DNA of 63,695 nucleotides, the filler included, from Collodictyon triciliatum (Eukaryota): assembly GCA_043381765.1 (NCBI GenBank). It is 6 parts of 6 records of this genome, joined end to end, with 100 filler letters (N's around TTAATTAATTAA, not from the genome) between each part and the next. Parts side by side here need not be neighbours in the genome. Positions count along the whole stretch, not along the records: positions 1 to 28,079 come from JBHJMP010000400.1; 5 more parts are not named here. One strand, 5' to 3'. Under the pieces are notes generated by a model. The model was not told the origin of the DNA. It saw only the letters and a program-made list of their open reading frames with translations, and made no database searches. Positions 1-14,632 of this stretch are shown piece after piece; positions within the stretch are counted from its first letter, which is position 1; every line of letters starts with the position of its first letter. A program made the translations under genes and the position numbers.

Positions 1-41
<41 letters not shown>

Positions 42-66
42 AAAAAAACAAAAAAACAAAAAAACA

Positions 67-97
<31 letters not shown>

Positions 98-578
98 CAA
101 AACAAAACAAAACAAAACAAAACAAAACAAAACAAAAAAACAAAAGAAACACCTAGTACATATCGAGAAGAAATGAATGAAAGAAAAAGTGGATAGTCTG
201 GTCTCGTTCAGCCCAAGGTGTAGCCACAATAAGAGAATGCATAAAGCAGAAAATAAGATGACTTCAAACCACAGGGAAGGAGGCGAAGAAAAGATGAACC
301 CACGAAATATGGCCCACGGAAGCCAACAAAGAAGGCCTCCTGCAAAGAGTGATCAACTTGGTCACCCGCGAGAAGGGACTGAAAAGGTTGGCTTTTTTGT
401 TTTTTTTTTGTTTTTGTTTTTAGTTCACTTTGAGTTTACTTGAAAACTGCGGTTAATAAGTCTTCGCTGTTTGCTCGACTTCGCCTCTTTCTTCTTCTTC
501 TTTTCCCCTTTACTTTCTTTCATTTCCCTTTTCTCCCTTTATCATATGAAACAATGACCCCAACGCAAAAGAGTTAAT

Positions 579-3500
579 ATGAGTTGTCTGCGATTCGAGC
601 GAATGTTTACCGCAAGACTTTCATTTGCATTATTGATATCCAAGCATATCCGCTCTATTAGTTTAGCCTCCGATAGACATTCTCTCGCTCGTTTATCCGT
701 ATTTCTCTCTTATTACCATTCCCTTTTCGCTACATATACATAACAATCGGTGTTGTTGATATAGACTGCAAATCTCGCTATCCCAAGAGACATTCCCGAC
801 TACATCGCCGGCTATATCCATCAGTGTAGTATAATCGGCGTGGATGTGCTCGATGACGTTCTCTCCTCTCTGGATGAAGCGCGTTCTACAAACATTCTTG
901 ATTTATCAAAGTCACATAGGCGAATCGTATGTGTTATAAAACAAAAGAAAACAAAAGAAAACAAAAGAAAACAAAAGAAAACAAAAGAAAACAAAACAAA
1001 AGAAAACAAAACAAAAGAAAACAAAACAAAAGAAAACAAAACAAAAGAAAACAAAACAAGAAACAAAACAAGAAACAAAACAAGAAACAAAACAAGAAAC
1101 AAAACAAGGAACAAAACAAGAAACAAAACAAGGAACAAAACAAGAAACAAAACAAGAAACAAAACAAGAAACAAAACAAGAAACAAAACAAGAAACAAAA
1201 CAAGAAACAAAACAAGAAACAAAAACAAAAGAATAAAACTATCGACCGGCCACAAATACATCTTACGTATCATCGATAATAAAGAAACAAACATATTAGT
1301 GAACAAAATTGATCACAATAAAAGGCCAAATTTACACAAGAACATTAATTGGCGTGCCATGACTGAAGGCGCGAGTATTCAGTAGCAGTTTTTTTTTTCT
1401 TTATTCACCTGGATAACTATTTTATTTGTTAAATAGGACGATTCCCAGATTATGTGCCTTGCCTCATCACTTGTACATAGCCCGTGGATATCAACCATTG
1501 AGATAGCGAATCAAACCGTCTCGGTCGCTGGTGCGATGGAACTCGGCACTGTTTTGCACCGTACATTTTACATTTGCATTTATGCTCCTTTTTTTTTTTT
1601 TTGGAACTTCTTCCTTGAATTTAAAAATAAAGTTAAAAAGACGTCCTTCTTGACAATTTTCTATGGTCCAATTATTATCCCTTCAACATCTGATAAATAA
1701 TATATTTTTCACTTTTCTTCTTCAGAGAACCAATCCATTACGAAAATTAACATGGGAGGAAATGATATACGAAGTGAGGGTCTTCTTGCGTTGGTATCAC
1801 ACTTTGAAACTCATAGCAGCCTCATTGAGCTTGGAATCGCATCGAACAATGTTTGAATCTACTATATAATACAACAGAAAATTCTCAGCTGAAACACAAT
1901 TCACTACACCAAAAAACAAAAAAATAAAAATAAATAAAGTTTCCACACACATGTAAGCATCTTGAAGAATAAATTAACTTTTTGTTTGCCCAATAAAAAA
2001 AAACTATTTATTTACACGGTCTGCATATTTTCCTATGATTATCACAGATAGGAAACCATGGAGCTGCTGGGTTGGCACGTTTTATGTCATTGCCAACTTG
2101 CAAACTTCAGATTTTAGACTTGAGGCACAATAATATCAAGCTCGACGGCATCGAGCGACTGGCTATTGGGTTGAAAGTAAGTGTGTTTTTCTCCCTCTCT
2201 TTAATCCGTAGGATAATCATTCCTAATTAATATGTCATATTCGTTGCACTTGTTAAAGATATACCATTTAGCATGTCAAAATTTCGAATCAGGATATGAT
2301 TAACAATATTTAACTTTGTCTTGGCTCGAATCAATTTCTGTATTCGATGTAGGCTAATGAAAATTTACATACTCTGAATCTGAGATTTAATCAAATTCGA
2401 GAGCAGTAAGATATCAAATTAGATTTTATTTGACATATTGTACAAAATCAAGTTATGGACTGTTTCATGCTTATTTGGTGCATGTGCGTGGGTGATTATA
2501 GAGGATGTGCCGTGCTTGGGAGTTGTTTGATGAAGAATCAATCCCTAACGAGCTTGGATATCGGAGCAAATGGGTAAATATCTGTTGGATCTGGGCACAA
2601 TAAGTTTCCTTTATGTTTAGGGTCATACATTTATTTCAATCTTTCCTTTCCAGAGTTAAATATAATGTGTAACTTTATGTATAAATGCATAGTATATCCG
2701 ATGAAGGAGCACGCAGTTTAGCAGGTAGGCATATATGTGGCATTCGACTAAGTTACTTATTAAAGCAATCACTGATGTCATTCAAAATATTTCTTTCTAT
2801 AGCCGGCCTTTCTGTGAATAAATCACTGAAGAAGATTAACTTGCGGAGCAACGAAATACGTGACGATGGGTTCATAGCTTTGCTTGAATCTCTGAAAAGG
2901 TCTTCATTAAGTCAATCAATCATGAAATACATTCATACACACGGAATTAGAGATTCTCTCCTTTTTTTTAAAAAAAAAACCGCCTGATTACCCATAATTG
3001 TAATAGAAATAACACGCTTACTGCACTCTACCTAGGAAATAACAAACCATCAAAGCTAGGTAGAAGAATAATGAACTATTTCATTTTAATAAAAATATTT
3101 GATTGCTGTGAGTTGCTCTTCAGCATGACATTATTTTTTTTTTCCTTTATTCGATTCAATTCAGCATGACATTATAAAGTTTCTCAAGTTGCAAAGAATG
3201 AAACGAGTTTATAAATAAAAATCGATATGATGACTTTTAGCCACTAATAAATTCATTTTAATAATAACATGCACAGTTTGCTCGTCATTAAGTCTAGTCG
3301 TCACCCTGAACAACAGAGTTTCTCAATTAGACCTTCAGGTAATTACCTGCACGGTTTAATTTTAAGTTCTTCGTTAAACAAAAGAAAAAATACTACTAAA
3401 AACAAACAAACAAACAAACAAACAAACAAACAAACAAACAAACAAACAAACAAACAAACAAACAAACAAACAAACAAACAAACAAACAAACAAACGGGCT

Positions 3501-6500
3501 AAATTATTGTCTCCAGGGTCTTCGAGTAGAGCCACAGAGTGTTCAGACGATATCAGAAGCTCTGTCTGCGAATAACGGAATTAAGGTGGGATTATTGTTT
3601 TAAACTATTTATAAATTTAAGATACCCTCACTGGCTTTTTTTTTTTTCGATTCGGATGACATTTGTAAATGGAAAAAGTAAAATTGTTTCATCCGTTATC
3701 TAGGAACTCGTCATTGATTTGCCTCCTGATATCCGTGATAGGGTTGATTTCCGTCAACCATGTCTTCACTTATCGAAAATTATTATTTTATTAATATTTT
3801 TTCTATGAAACGAGAGATCGATTCTGACACTATCGGTAATGTTTTATCAACAGTTTATGAGTATTCTTCAAAGGAGGTGGCCCGAGGCTTATTTTGTTGA
3901 TATTCCACCTGCTTCAGGGTATGTACAACTTTCCTACAATTTCATTACGCATAATTTCCTCGTATCAGATAATAGAATTGTAACCAATAATTAGGAACGA
4001 GGCTGGCCATGCATGCACAGTGCGAATCCACCGTGATGGCATCCTTCATAATTCTGACCAGACATGGAACTCTATGACGCATAATACAACAATCGAGCAA
4101 TATATCCCTCATCCAGATCGTATGTTTGTATATATATATATTAAATTTGTTCATTTGATTTGTACTCATTATCATTTCGTGAATAATATATACTCGATTA
4201 AAAACTATATCTTATATTGCACTTCATAAATGGATGCATATCTAAAATTCATTAGAACTCCTTCCTCGACATGCATCATTGAAAAGCTTCACTGCCGAAC
4301 ATTTGGTAAGTGTTGTCATTCAATGTCCTTTTTTTTTTTTTTTAATAACAACAATAGTAATAACGATAATGAGAACGATACAACTCCAACGATACAGCAC
4401 AGAATTAAAAAAAAATCATTTATTCATCCCCTTTTTTCATGTTTTAGGACACGAGTGGAGCCAGATATCACCCCAATTGTATTAATCAATATATATATAT
4501 ATTTAACGTGAACTTTTTTGTTTTTTTCAGTATGTCTAGAAATGAAGTAATTAATGCCAACCTACTAAAAAATTAAAAAAATAGATTCTTCCTTGGGTGC
4601 CAATGGTACAGTTATGGTATACATTTCTTATCGTCATATCTGTAGATAGTTCTTAATATTTTTTATTTTATATCTATTTTTTATCTCCTCATACTCTGCC
4701 TACAATTTGAATTTAGGGTGCCAATTCTTCATCCCTTACAAACTTAAGTACTTTCCCTGTACATCGAGGAACCCATCTCGGACATAGTATGCTTTTTTTT
4801 ATTTTTAGTATATTCAACTAAGTGTTCTGGTTAATATATATATATTAGTTTTCAGGATATTTTGGCTGGGGTAATTCATTGATTTGCCTAAAAATAAAAC
4901 AGATCAACAGCCAAAAGTAGACATCAATGGCAAAAAGCCAAAGCCCAGTTTTCGAAATGAAACAATGACCCCAAATGTTTGTAGCTATGAATGTTTTGAT
5001 TTATTCTTTTGATTCATCTAAGTTGCCTGACTGCATTTTTTTTTATCTTTTCTATATAAAAATGCAGAATATATACGAAACTTAAATTCACACAAAGATT
5101 TCCATAACAACTTCAGAGTTTCAGTGAAGAGAAGCCCGAACGCGGTCCCTCTAACGCACCAGCAAAGTCACTCATATCAACGAATCAAGTGCTTGTGAGC
5201 CCTGCATCAAATTTTTCAGGTTCACTACCTGCATATTCTTAGTACTATAATATGTATAAATCCGCACAAACACACAGAACATCATATTGATAATTAAACG
5301 AGTATTGCATCAACTTTAAATGGTGTTGATCGAATAGAATCTGTAAACAGACGTCAGTCGGGATATCCGCAACAAAGCCAAGAGTATTATTTTTTTTTTA
5401 ATGTTTTTACGTATATTTATAGTTCTGCTCCGTTTTGATATTCCTTCATCAATTATCAAAACACCATTGTTTTGCTATGTTTTGTTATGTTTGCTCTTAA
5501 AAAAATAGAATTTTGTTACCATGATTATCACACTATCACCCAGCAAATTTCTAACAAATAACAATTTCAAAATATTCCGGTGTAGTCTCCAAACACAAGG
5601 CCATGTATATAACCCGGCGATAGCAGATGTAAAAATATACTTATTCATCCAATATTTCATATTTGACATTCGTATATAAGTGTTGATTATAGCGATTTCG
5701 ATTCAAAAAAGAAAGAATAATTTCATTATGAATACCTCGAAGCGAGCGACCCCCAATCATTTCATCGAAATCCTCCATTAGGTGGACTTAAGCCAAAGCA
5801 TCACAGGGCAAAGCTTGGATGTCGCATCCCTTCTACAATTACGCGACCAACTGGCCCATCAGTATTCATCGTTCTCGAATGTAATGAATATTCTTATCTT
5901 ATTATTGTACTCTCTCTCTCTCTACCCATTAAGAAATAATCTTTCTTATTTTCTCTACGGGATTTTTCGTGCTAAGTCTCCTTTATTTACATTCCCGAAT
6001 AAACCTATTAAGCACGTCGCACAGCAAATCAACCAACTCCAAGAAGACCAGCATACATTCACGGAGCTCTACCAGACACAAATGCGCGCACTGGACGAAG
6101 GTCATCATGATGATATCCAAATGATTATGGAGAAAATGCAAGAAGTCTCTCAAACTCATGAACAACTCGTCGAGATTCACGTAAAAAAATAATAATGAAA
6201 AATGAAAAATAAAAAATGAAAAAAGAAGAAAAAAGCAAAAGCAAAAGAACCCCGACAACATATATATTTCTCCTTTCCCCAACTCACTCAGATTACATCG
6301 CGACCCAGAAATCAAGCATGCACGACATCCGCGAGGAGCAGCAGCTTCTCTTCCAGGGAATCCAGACACAATTCAACCAGCTGCTCACAAACACCGAGAA
6401 GGAGCTGCAGATTCTGCGCCAGCACCAGCGCCAAAAGAAAGCAGCAGACGCATCAGCCTCCGACCAGCTGGATGCGCTTCTGCCTCAGCGCCTCGCAGAC

Positions 6501-6905
6501 ATGACCGACCACATCGCATCACGCGTCGCGCAAATCCTTCGCCCAGACTTTGAGCGCAATCTGACTCTGCTTTCCCAGCAGCAGTCGCGGGCCGTGGCCG
6601 ACCTGGAGTCGCGTCTGGAGAAAGTCCATCGCCGTGTTGTGGCTCTGGAGGGAAACCGCAGGCCGACTCCATCTCGTGCGAATGCGAATGCGAATGCGAA
6701 TGTGAATGCAAGTGTGAATGCAAACGCATCAACGAGCAGCCCGAAATCCGCGGCCAGTGAGGTCTGGAACACAAAGATGGAGGCGCGAGTTGCGGCCATT
6801 CAGAGGAGGCTCGAGTTGCTTGAGACCACGGTCAAGGAGGAGCAGGCTGCGTCCATGAGTGCTTTGGAGGCGCTTTTGAGAGACGGCAACGCGTCTCATC
6901 GCTGA
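579..6905 (+). CDS. Multi-exon RNI-like (NLRC3-type, ~28-aa) leucine-rich repeat protein with low-complexity linker and C-terminal coiled coil
   Basis: GT-AG spliced exons give repeats such as NQSITKINMGGNDIRSEG, KLQILDLRHNNIKLDG, NENLHTLNLRFNQIREQG, NQSLTSLDIGANGISDEG and NKSLKKINLRSNEIRDDG. Terminal exons 5782-6905 encode a coiled coil ending in TGA. The start codon and the exons between 3.7 and 5.7 kb are uncertain, and this could be two genes. Confidence 0.7.
938..1230. repeat. Compound intronic microsatellite (AAAAC/AAAAG; ACAAGAAACAAA)n
   Basis: Tandem repeats inside an LRR-gene intron. Confidence 0.95.
3119..3175 (-). mobile_element. Micro-insertion of LINE B 3' tip with 16-bp TSD (intron of LRR gene)
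   Basis: TTCAGCATGACATTAT is duplicated around (T)9-CCTTTATTCGATTCAA. Confidence 0.85.
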
Positions 6906-7059
6906 GTTCTTTCTCTTGTGCGCGCCTGTGTGTGTCCTGTGTGAATCGAAATACTGCTTTAATCTGTCTGCAACAGGCTTTGGCTTTATCCTAGAATTGC
7001 TTGTGTTGGAACCGGTGATAATGAATTATTCAATGACCCTCCTGGAGCTTTGCGTTTCA

Positions 7060-7190
7060 TTTGTTTGTTCATTTGTTTGTTTGTTTGTTTGTTTGTTTGT
7101 ATGTATGTATGTATGTATGTATGTATGTATGTATGTATGTATGTATGTATGTATGTATGTATGTATGTATGTATGTATGTATGTATGTAT
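7060..7190. repeat. (TTTG)n(TATG)n microsatellite
   Basis: Direct observation. (TATG/CATA)n also occurs at 43596-43893 and 53010-53121. Confidence 0.95.
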
Positions 7191-7350
7191 GTGTTGATTG
7201 ATTGCTATTTTGGTGTGAATGATACGCAAGGGTGGTTATCCGGATTTTGATGCGATTTATTGCTAAAAGTATTCCGTGCTCTTTAATCTATGTCGGGGAC
7301 TTTGGGACTTTTTTCTTTATTCTTGATGGATAAAGAAAAATACAGGGCAA

Positions 7351-9025
7351 TCATGCGAGATAATGATAAACAGTAGTATCAGCCTTGTCGCGTTCAAGAT
7401 ATTCTCGCTCAATCAAACTTTCAATGCGTTTCTTTGTATCTAATGTCTGTGTGATTTCATGTAAATAAAATAAGTTTGGAGGATTTTCTTTTCAATTCCA
7501 TTCATTTCCATGTTATTAATATTTTATGACGTTTGTTCCATGTTTTTTTTTTTATTATTAAAATATATAAAGCGTGCGTATCTTCTTTTTTTTTTTCATA
7601 AACCCTCTGAATGGTGAGATTTAAACAGCATTATTTTATGGCTCACTTACGGTGATTGGAAACTTGACTTGGCCTACAAGCTCGGCAAAGAGAAGATTGT
7701 AGTTTAAAACTTTCCGTGTTTTCATGATTCGAACAATTGCAGCGTCAATCTTAATACAACGGAAACAAAAGAGAGTAAACCATATGAATTCACGGACATT
7801 CGATCCAATATGTATTTACTGTGATGCTTTTGAGTGCATTAAGTAACGAATAGGAAGACGCTGGACTTTTTATTAAAATATTTGATACTTTTGAATATCT
7901 TCTATTTACAAAGCATCCATATTTACTTGGTATTGTCTGTCCTGTGCAACTTTCTCGTTGGTTGCTTGGTTTTCCTCGGGCTACATTTATATATATGCAT
8001 TTATCTTTAAAAAAAAACTATATATTATTTAATAATCAAATTATTTTAGTAAATTCAACTAGTCTTGTATAAAAAAAATGATGCATGTCATTATACAAGA
8101 TAGAAAAAAAAGCGTGAGATTCTTTTCTTTTTTTTTTTTTTCATAACCTACCGTCTCTTTCAGCTGGATGGAATTAATCTTGATTTTGTATAGCTTGTGT
8201 GAAAAGTTTGAATTCACAGTAAAGGTATCCCCGCTCTTTACATCGGGCCCCTAGTCAGTATATATATGTATATAACTATTATTTTTATTCACAACATCAT
8301 TTTCACAGAAGGAATTGATTCTACAATCAATACGAGGACGCGGATATATAAAAGGAGAGGAGAAATATGAAAAGGAAGGGAAGGTGATGAAAAATTAAGC
8401 GGTTTTTCTGAAAGAGGCTGTCCCAAAACTATGAATGTCACCTTTGGTTCTTTCGTCAACACACGGACCTTGCCACATGCTAGAGATTGCAATAGCCGTG
8501 GAAGTTCTTTTCCATCTTTTATTTAACATGTTTAGAGTCTTATTTTATAATCACCCAGACGGTATGAATAAATATATACACATAATATATAAACAAGAAG
8601 GCGAATATGGGAAAGATTGGCATTTATAGTACATCGTGGGAGTTCGTTTCCCGCGGTATATGAATATTAATCATGTTATTTGCTATTCTAAACTACCTAT
8701 GCGCGTTGCCTCGAGAATCTCGTCATAAGTCAATTGTTGGTGTCCATTAAAGAGAAGAAGGACGCATGTTTGAAAAAACGAAAGAGTAAACTCTTTCACT
8801 TCCTGTGATACACATTCTAGTAAGTTCTTCCGAGGCCAACGAAGAAAAATGATATAAAAAAAAAGAAGTAAAAAGTAAAAGTAAAAGTAAAGCATTACTT
8901 TTTGGAAGTATCCTTTCACTACGCAGTGACCTATTCCATGTTGCCATTGCAGCTGCCTACCAGCGTGGGCGGATTTGTAATAATCCACGAATGCTTCTTG
9001 ATAAGGGGCCAACTTCAGATGTTTT

Positions 9026-9123
<98 letters not shown>

Positions 9124-12100
9124 CAAAATGTGGCCAGTTAATTAAAAATTCAAGATATGAATACTATCTCCTAATTCGATTAAGTTTGAAGTAAACACAA
9201 TTTTTTTCTTCAAAATTTATTAAATTAGATAATGATGGTATAATTTTAATACTTCTCTAGGGATGGTGACAGATGCCGGCGGTTCTGTAATCCAATATGC
9301 AGATGAAATAACATGAACATACATATCCACATTTTTGGGAAGTGACGAAGCGATTCGAGACTGAGGTAATAAAAAAAAATCCATGAGAGAATGTAAAAGA
9401 AAAAAGTTGTTTAATCGCATGAGGAAAATGAATTATGGAAAGAGTCATGATGAAGTGGTTCAATCTTACTTCAAGCCTATTAAAAATTATACCGAATTAA
9501 AGCTGTCCATAATATCTTTCGATAACTCAATATCCTTGAACATTCCCTCCAATTTCATTGTGAAAGAGCTTCCACACTCTGATGATCAATTTTTTTAAGA
9601 CAATAAACATAGATAATGCAAATAGAGTACTCTATCAAAATTTCAACACTCAACGTGCATTTCATAATTAACTAAGCATTAAGACCTCAGAAATAATAAT
9701 AAAAAACCGAAATATACCTATTTTCAATTTTGCAATCATAGATTTCTCCAGTTCTGTTGACGCGCTTTTTTCGAGCAGCAGCCTTTTTCCTAAATCCTTC
9801 TTGTAGAAGGCCTCGAACACATCCTTTCCTATTCAATTTTTTTCCAAATAGATATGTTACGTATTTGATACACTCGTGTCAGCAGTCTGCCGTATGAATA
9901 TATGTACCTTGTATATATCTGAACAGAATCAAGACTTTATCCATCAATATTTCCATCTCAATATCAGAAGATTCCTAGTTTTTATTGATTTTTTTTAACA
10001 TTGGTATCTTAATGAATCGAATAAAGGAAAAAAAAACATTGGTATCTTAATATAAGGATTCAGGATGAGCTATAAGTGCATATCAAATAGTCACAATACT
10101 GAAAACTGTCCTAATTAATTGTAGATAAAATACAATTTACTTTATTTCCAGAGCGCAATTTACTGTCGATGAATTTGGCTGAGGCAAAAAAAAATGTTGT
10201 CATTTTTTTAAAATTAAGGAGGCTGATTCGTATATTTAATACAATACCTAAGGAAGTACCCATAAAAAGTGAAATATGCACATTTAAAAAGGATTACCAA
10301 TCAATTCTGCTGTTTTGCTTTGCTTCACGTTGATGAAATGTTCAAATGAATCCTATGAAAAAAATGAAAAAAATGAAAAAAATGAAAAAAAATGAAAAAA
10401 AAATGAAAAAAAGAAAAAATGAAAAATGAAAAAGAAAAAAGAAAAAAGAAAAAAAGAAAAAAAGAAAAAGTAAAGATAAAAATAAAAGAAAAAAGTATGT
10501 AAATTCACTATTATAATCCAGTCACAATGTGCATAGATGACTTCAATATGGCCCTATTCTGTGCAGAGAGGGGAATACCTTTATGGTATTTGCAAACATA
10601 TCTGATGAACGGAAGCATTCTTTCGTAATGGAATCTAATTTGTCCTTGAAATCTAGCAATTCCTGCACAAGAGTCGAATCCCTGTTCGCATCCTGCACCA
10701 TTCCACTTCCAACAGTCTATTTAGGATATTGTATATATTATTAGTTCTCCAAAAACACTGCATGTAAATATTAATAAAGAGATACCTTGATGTAGTTCGA
10801 GAAAGCTTGCTTTAATATGTCTAGCTTTTGAACTCGACTAAAAAGAACGAATATGCGGCCAATATCTTCTAATCTGGCTTGGGTAAGAAGGCCAGGGAAG
10901 CCTGTAACCGCAGTTAAAAATTAATCTCAGAAGGTATACGTGTATTCCTTGAAAAAAATCGGTACTGGGGAAAAAAAAAAAAGAAAGAGGAGCTTCGCAT
11001 CACCTTGAAGTATTGTAAAATATTGATTCGTTATCAAATTAGTATCCATAATATCCATAATTTCTTTCCGAGATAACGATGAAAGAATTGTTTTAATGCG
11101 TTCGGACTCTTCGCGAATCCTCTTCTCGCAATGAACAAGATAATCTGCAATCTGGGTTGGATTTCAAATTTTAGCTGTCTAAGCTAACAGGCCAATAAAT
11201 AAGATAAGAATTTAAAGAAATTAGACGTATTTGTCACCGCGATGCTGAAATAAGAAAAAGGTCCTTAAGGGACATCTAGGGAGAAAAATTACTAGGAGAC
11301 TTTGAATACAATGATTTCCTTCATCGCGATAGTAAGATTGAGTTTCAGAAAGTAAAGTCGGCTGAAGGAATTTCTCGTATAACTACGATGTAAATAAGTT
11401 AGTTCTCTGGAAGTCTTAATCACAAGATAAATATATTGTCTGCAACATACATATTATATTGATTGCGTTTATTATATAGTTAATAATAAGATACCTGTAA
11501 GTCCACCATCATTTTAACAGAATCTGCGAGCAAGGGGACATTAATGTGCTGGCCATCTCTTTATTCAAAAAAGGGAGTTAATTTCCAATAGTGTTTTTTC
11601 CCTCTTATTTGTATAAAAAAAATACAGATTATGTATCGGTTTGATATGGTTTGTGAAATCAGCTCATGCCTGTGTTGGAGAATAAAATGCAGTATATATT
11701 CACTAGTTTTCTGCTCGATCTTGTCAACCTCACGGAAGTTAGATTGAAATAGATGAACACCCAAATCGTATATAGATTTTAAATCCTTTGAGGATTTTAT
11801 GTATGTTCTGTCTAGAACTAGGAATATTTGGCGAATCATCGACTATGAAGGTTGGTTATACATCAATCGATTAGAAAAAATAACATCAACAAAATACTAA
11901 GGCAAAATAAAATAATATTCGTAATAGTGAAAACATTTTTTTTATTGCAGATTAAAAATACTGCCAAAAATTTTACAATTTTGCCGCAATAATCAACCCA
12001 TATTGAATTCAAAGATGAAAGATATTGCAAAGGGTCTGCTGATTTACTACAAAACAAATGTAGCGGAAGTTACTGGACACGTACATTATTAAAAAGAATA

Positions 12101-12914
12101 GGGAATAGGGAATAGGAATGCAATTTCAAGAGACGAAATGTTGCTTGTTGCAGTTTCTTTCACAATGAAGAGGAATAAATTTTACAGAGCTCGATGCAAT
12201 ACTGCTTCAGAAGCCTGTTGATTAATCAGGGAATAAACCATATCGAAAAGTTTTTCTTCCTTCTTACTATCGCAAAGGATTTTCACAGCCTGCATTGATA
12301 AAAAAAAAAAAGGGAAAAAGAAAGAAACGACGATCACATATTAAGTTGATAAAATAAAAACAATATATATGGCGTTTGCATATATTACGAAGAGAGAAGG
12401 AAAAAAAGGAAACGATTTCTTGCCTGGTAAAGCTGCTCTAGTGAAAAAAGGGCAGGTTTATTCTCCTGGATACAACGCACCGACTCTCGAAGTATTCGAA
12501 ACTTTTCCTCCTCATTAACTACCTTTGGTTTGACTACGCGATGTAAAGTAATAAAAAAAAATATGCGGTTAAACTCGGGAAGATAATAAAATGCTAAACC
12601 TAAACAAGTTAATCCCATGCATCAGGAGAGTTTTAAGAGCATTAAACATTGAATACGATTATAAAAGTAAAAAGAAAAAAAGAAAAAAAAGAAAAAATTA
12701 CTGAACCAAAGCAAAACCGATATACAAATAAACAAGTATGTTTGCGAATATATCGAAAACTATGCAAGACATGGAGATCGTGGAGCCATAATACAAATAT
12801 TGCAGAAATAAAATACTCACACCCGACATTAACGACGAAGCTTTCGACGGGTTTTTGAGCTCTTACGCCACGGGCCTGCGCCTCCTTCTGAATTCCTTCC
12901 AAAGGGCGCTTCAT
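7351..12914 (-). CDS. CUL4: Cullin-4 (about 21 exons)
   Basis: The spliced product contains [90 protein letters not shown], the neddylation motif [13 protein letters not shown], and [21 protein letters not shown]. Confidence 0.93.
9029..9123. repeat. (AAT)n microsatellite
   Basis: Direct observation. Also at 19557-19672, 40881-40964 and 42543-42636. Confidence 0.95.
9997..10051 (+). mobile_element. Micro-insertion of LINE B 3' tip with 17-bp TSD (CUL4 intron)
   Basis: AACATTGGTATCTTAAT is duplicated around GAATCGAATAAAGG-(A)7. Confidence 0.88.
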
Positions 12915-14632
12915 ATTTTTTTATCTTCCTTCAACACGATTCACCTTTCCTTCTTTTACAGCATTTGTAAGTACTCGAATGTAATCAAAGGTAATAACAG
13001 ATCGGCTTCTGTGTCTATAATGCTTTGGGAACAGCGTGGGTTTGATGAGCAGTTTCTCTGTGAAGCTTCATTCTCAAACATGCGCTCGTACAAGAAGGGG
13101 AAAAAAATATGGTGGGATGTGGTCGGAGCGAAGAGAAATATTTTATTTTCCAGATTAAAATATAATATCTGGAATTTATAATATATTACGCATATTCAAA
13201 TTAATTTTGCATATATTATTTTACAAACTAATATTTATATTCTATAGTATATTTATTTATATTTAATTTATGTGCACGAGGATGTTTACATAGATGGTAA
13301 TTTCTTAAATGTTGGATTGGCAACATCTTGAACAATACCATACGTGGACAGCCAGTTCTAATATGTAGCGAGATATGAATCAATCGATTGCCATCGAATC
13401 CAACTAAGTTACGGCGACACAGTGGCATCGATTCGAGCGGCTGTCCAAAAGCAGACAATTTCCACATTTGCCTAATTCTTCCCAAAGCAGCCTAGAGAAC
13501 ACCTGTGCATGTGTCCAAATGCAGCAATTCATCCAAGCGAAACCTTGGAAATTTCCACGAACAGAATTTCGCCAGAATCGCACCCGCGCAGCACAACAGA
13601 ACAGAATCCTTCCTTCATTTTGATTCCGCTCCGCCGAAGCGCATTAACAAATGCAGAGGCCACCGCAAAGACCGGCGCACCGATCAGTCGCAGACCGCAA
13701 ATCACCCACAACACACAAATCACAGCGAGAATCCGCCAGGTCGCCAGGCAATCCGAGAGANNNNNNNNNNNNNNNNNNNNNNNNNNNNNNNNNNNNNNNN
13801 NNNNNNNNNNNNNNNNNNNNNNNNNNNNNNNNNNNNNNNNNNNNNNNNNNNNNNNNNNNNNNNNNNNNNNNNNNNNNNNNNNNNNNNNNNNNNNNNNNNN
13901 NNNNNNNNNNNNNNNNNNNNNNNNNNNNNNNNNNNNNNNNNNNNNNNNNNNNNNNNNNNNNNNNNNNNNNNNNNNNNNNNNNNNNNNNNNNNNNNNNNNN
14001 NNNNNNNNNNNNNNNNNNNNNNNNNNNNNNNNNNNNNNNNNNNNNNNNNNNNNNNNNNNNNNNNNNNNNNNNNNNNNNNNNNNNNNNNNNNNNNNNNNNN
14101 NNNNNNNNNNNNNNNNNNNNNNNNNNNNNNNNNNNNNNNNNNNNNNNNNNNNNNNNNNNNNNNNNNNNNNNNNNNNNNNNNNNNNNNNNNNNNNNNNNNN
14201 NNNNNNNNNNNNNNNNNNNNNNNNNNNNNNNNNNNNNNNNNNNNNNNNNNNNNNNNNNNNNNNNNNNNNNNNNNNNNNNNNNNNNNNNNNNNNNNNNNNN
14301 NNNNNNNNNNNNNNNNNNNNNNNNNNNNNNNNNNNNNNNNNNNNNNNNNNNNNNNNNNNNNNNNNNNNNNNNNNNNNNNNNNNNNNNNNNNNNNNNNNNN
14401 NNNNNNNNNNNNNNNNNNNNNNNNNNNNNNNNNNNNNNNNNNNNNNNNNNNNNNNNNNNNNNNNNNNNNNNNNNNNNNNNNNNNNNNNNNNNNNNNNNNN
14501 NNNNNNNNNNNNNNNNNNNNNNNNNNNNNNNNNNNNNNNNNNNNNNNNNNNNNNNNNNNNNNNNNNNNNNNNNNNNNNNNNNNNNNNNNNNNNNNNNNNN
14601 NNNNNNNNNNNNNNNNNNNNNNNNNNNNNNNN

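Noticed and set aside
821-1385. ORF-track proteins with KTRN, FLVL, YVCM, poly-I, poly-K or poly-N repeats (here and throughout)
   Set aside because: These are translations of stop-free intronic microsatellites.
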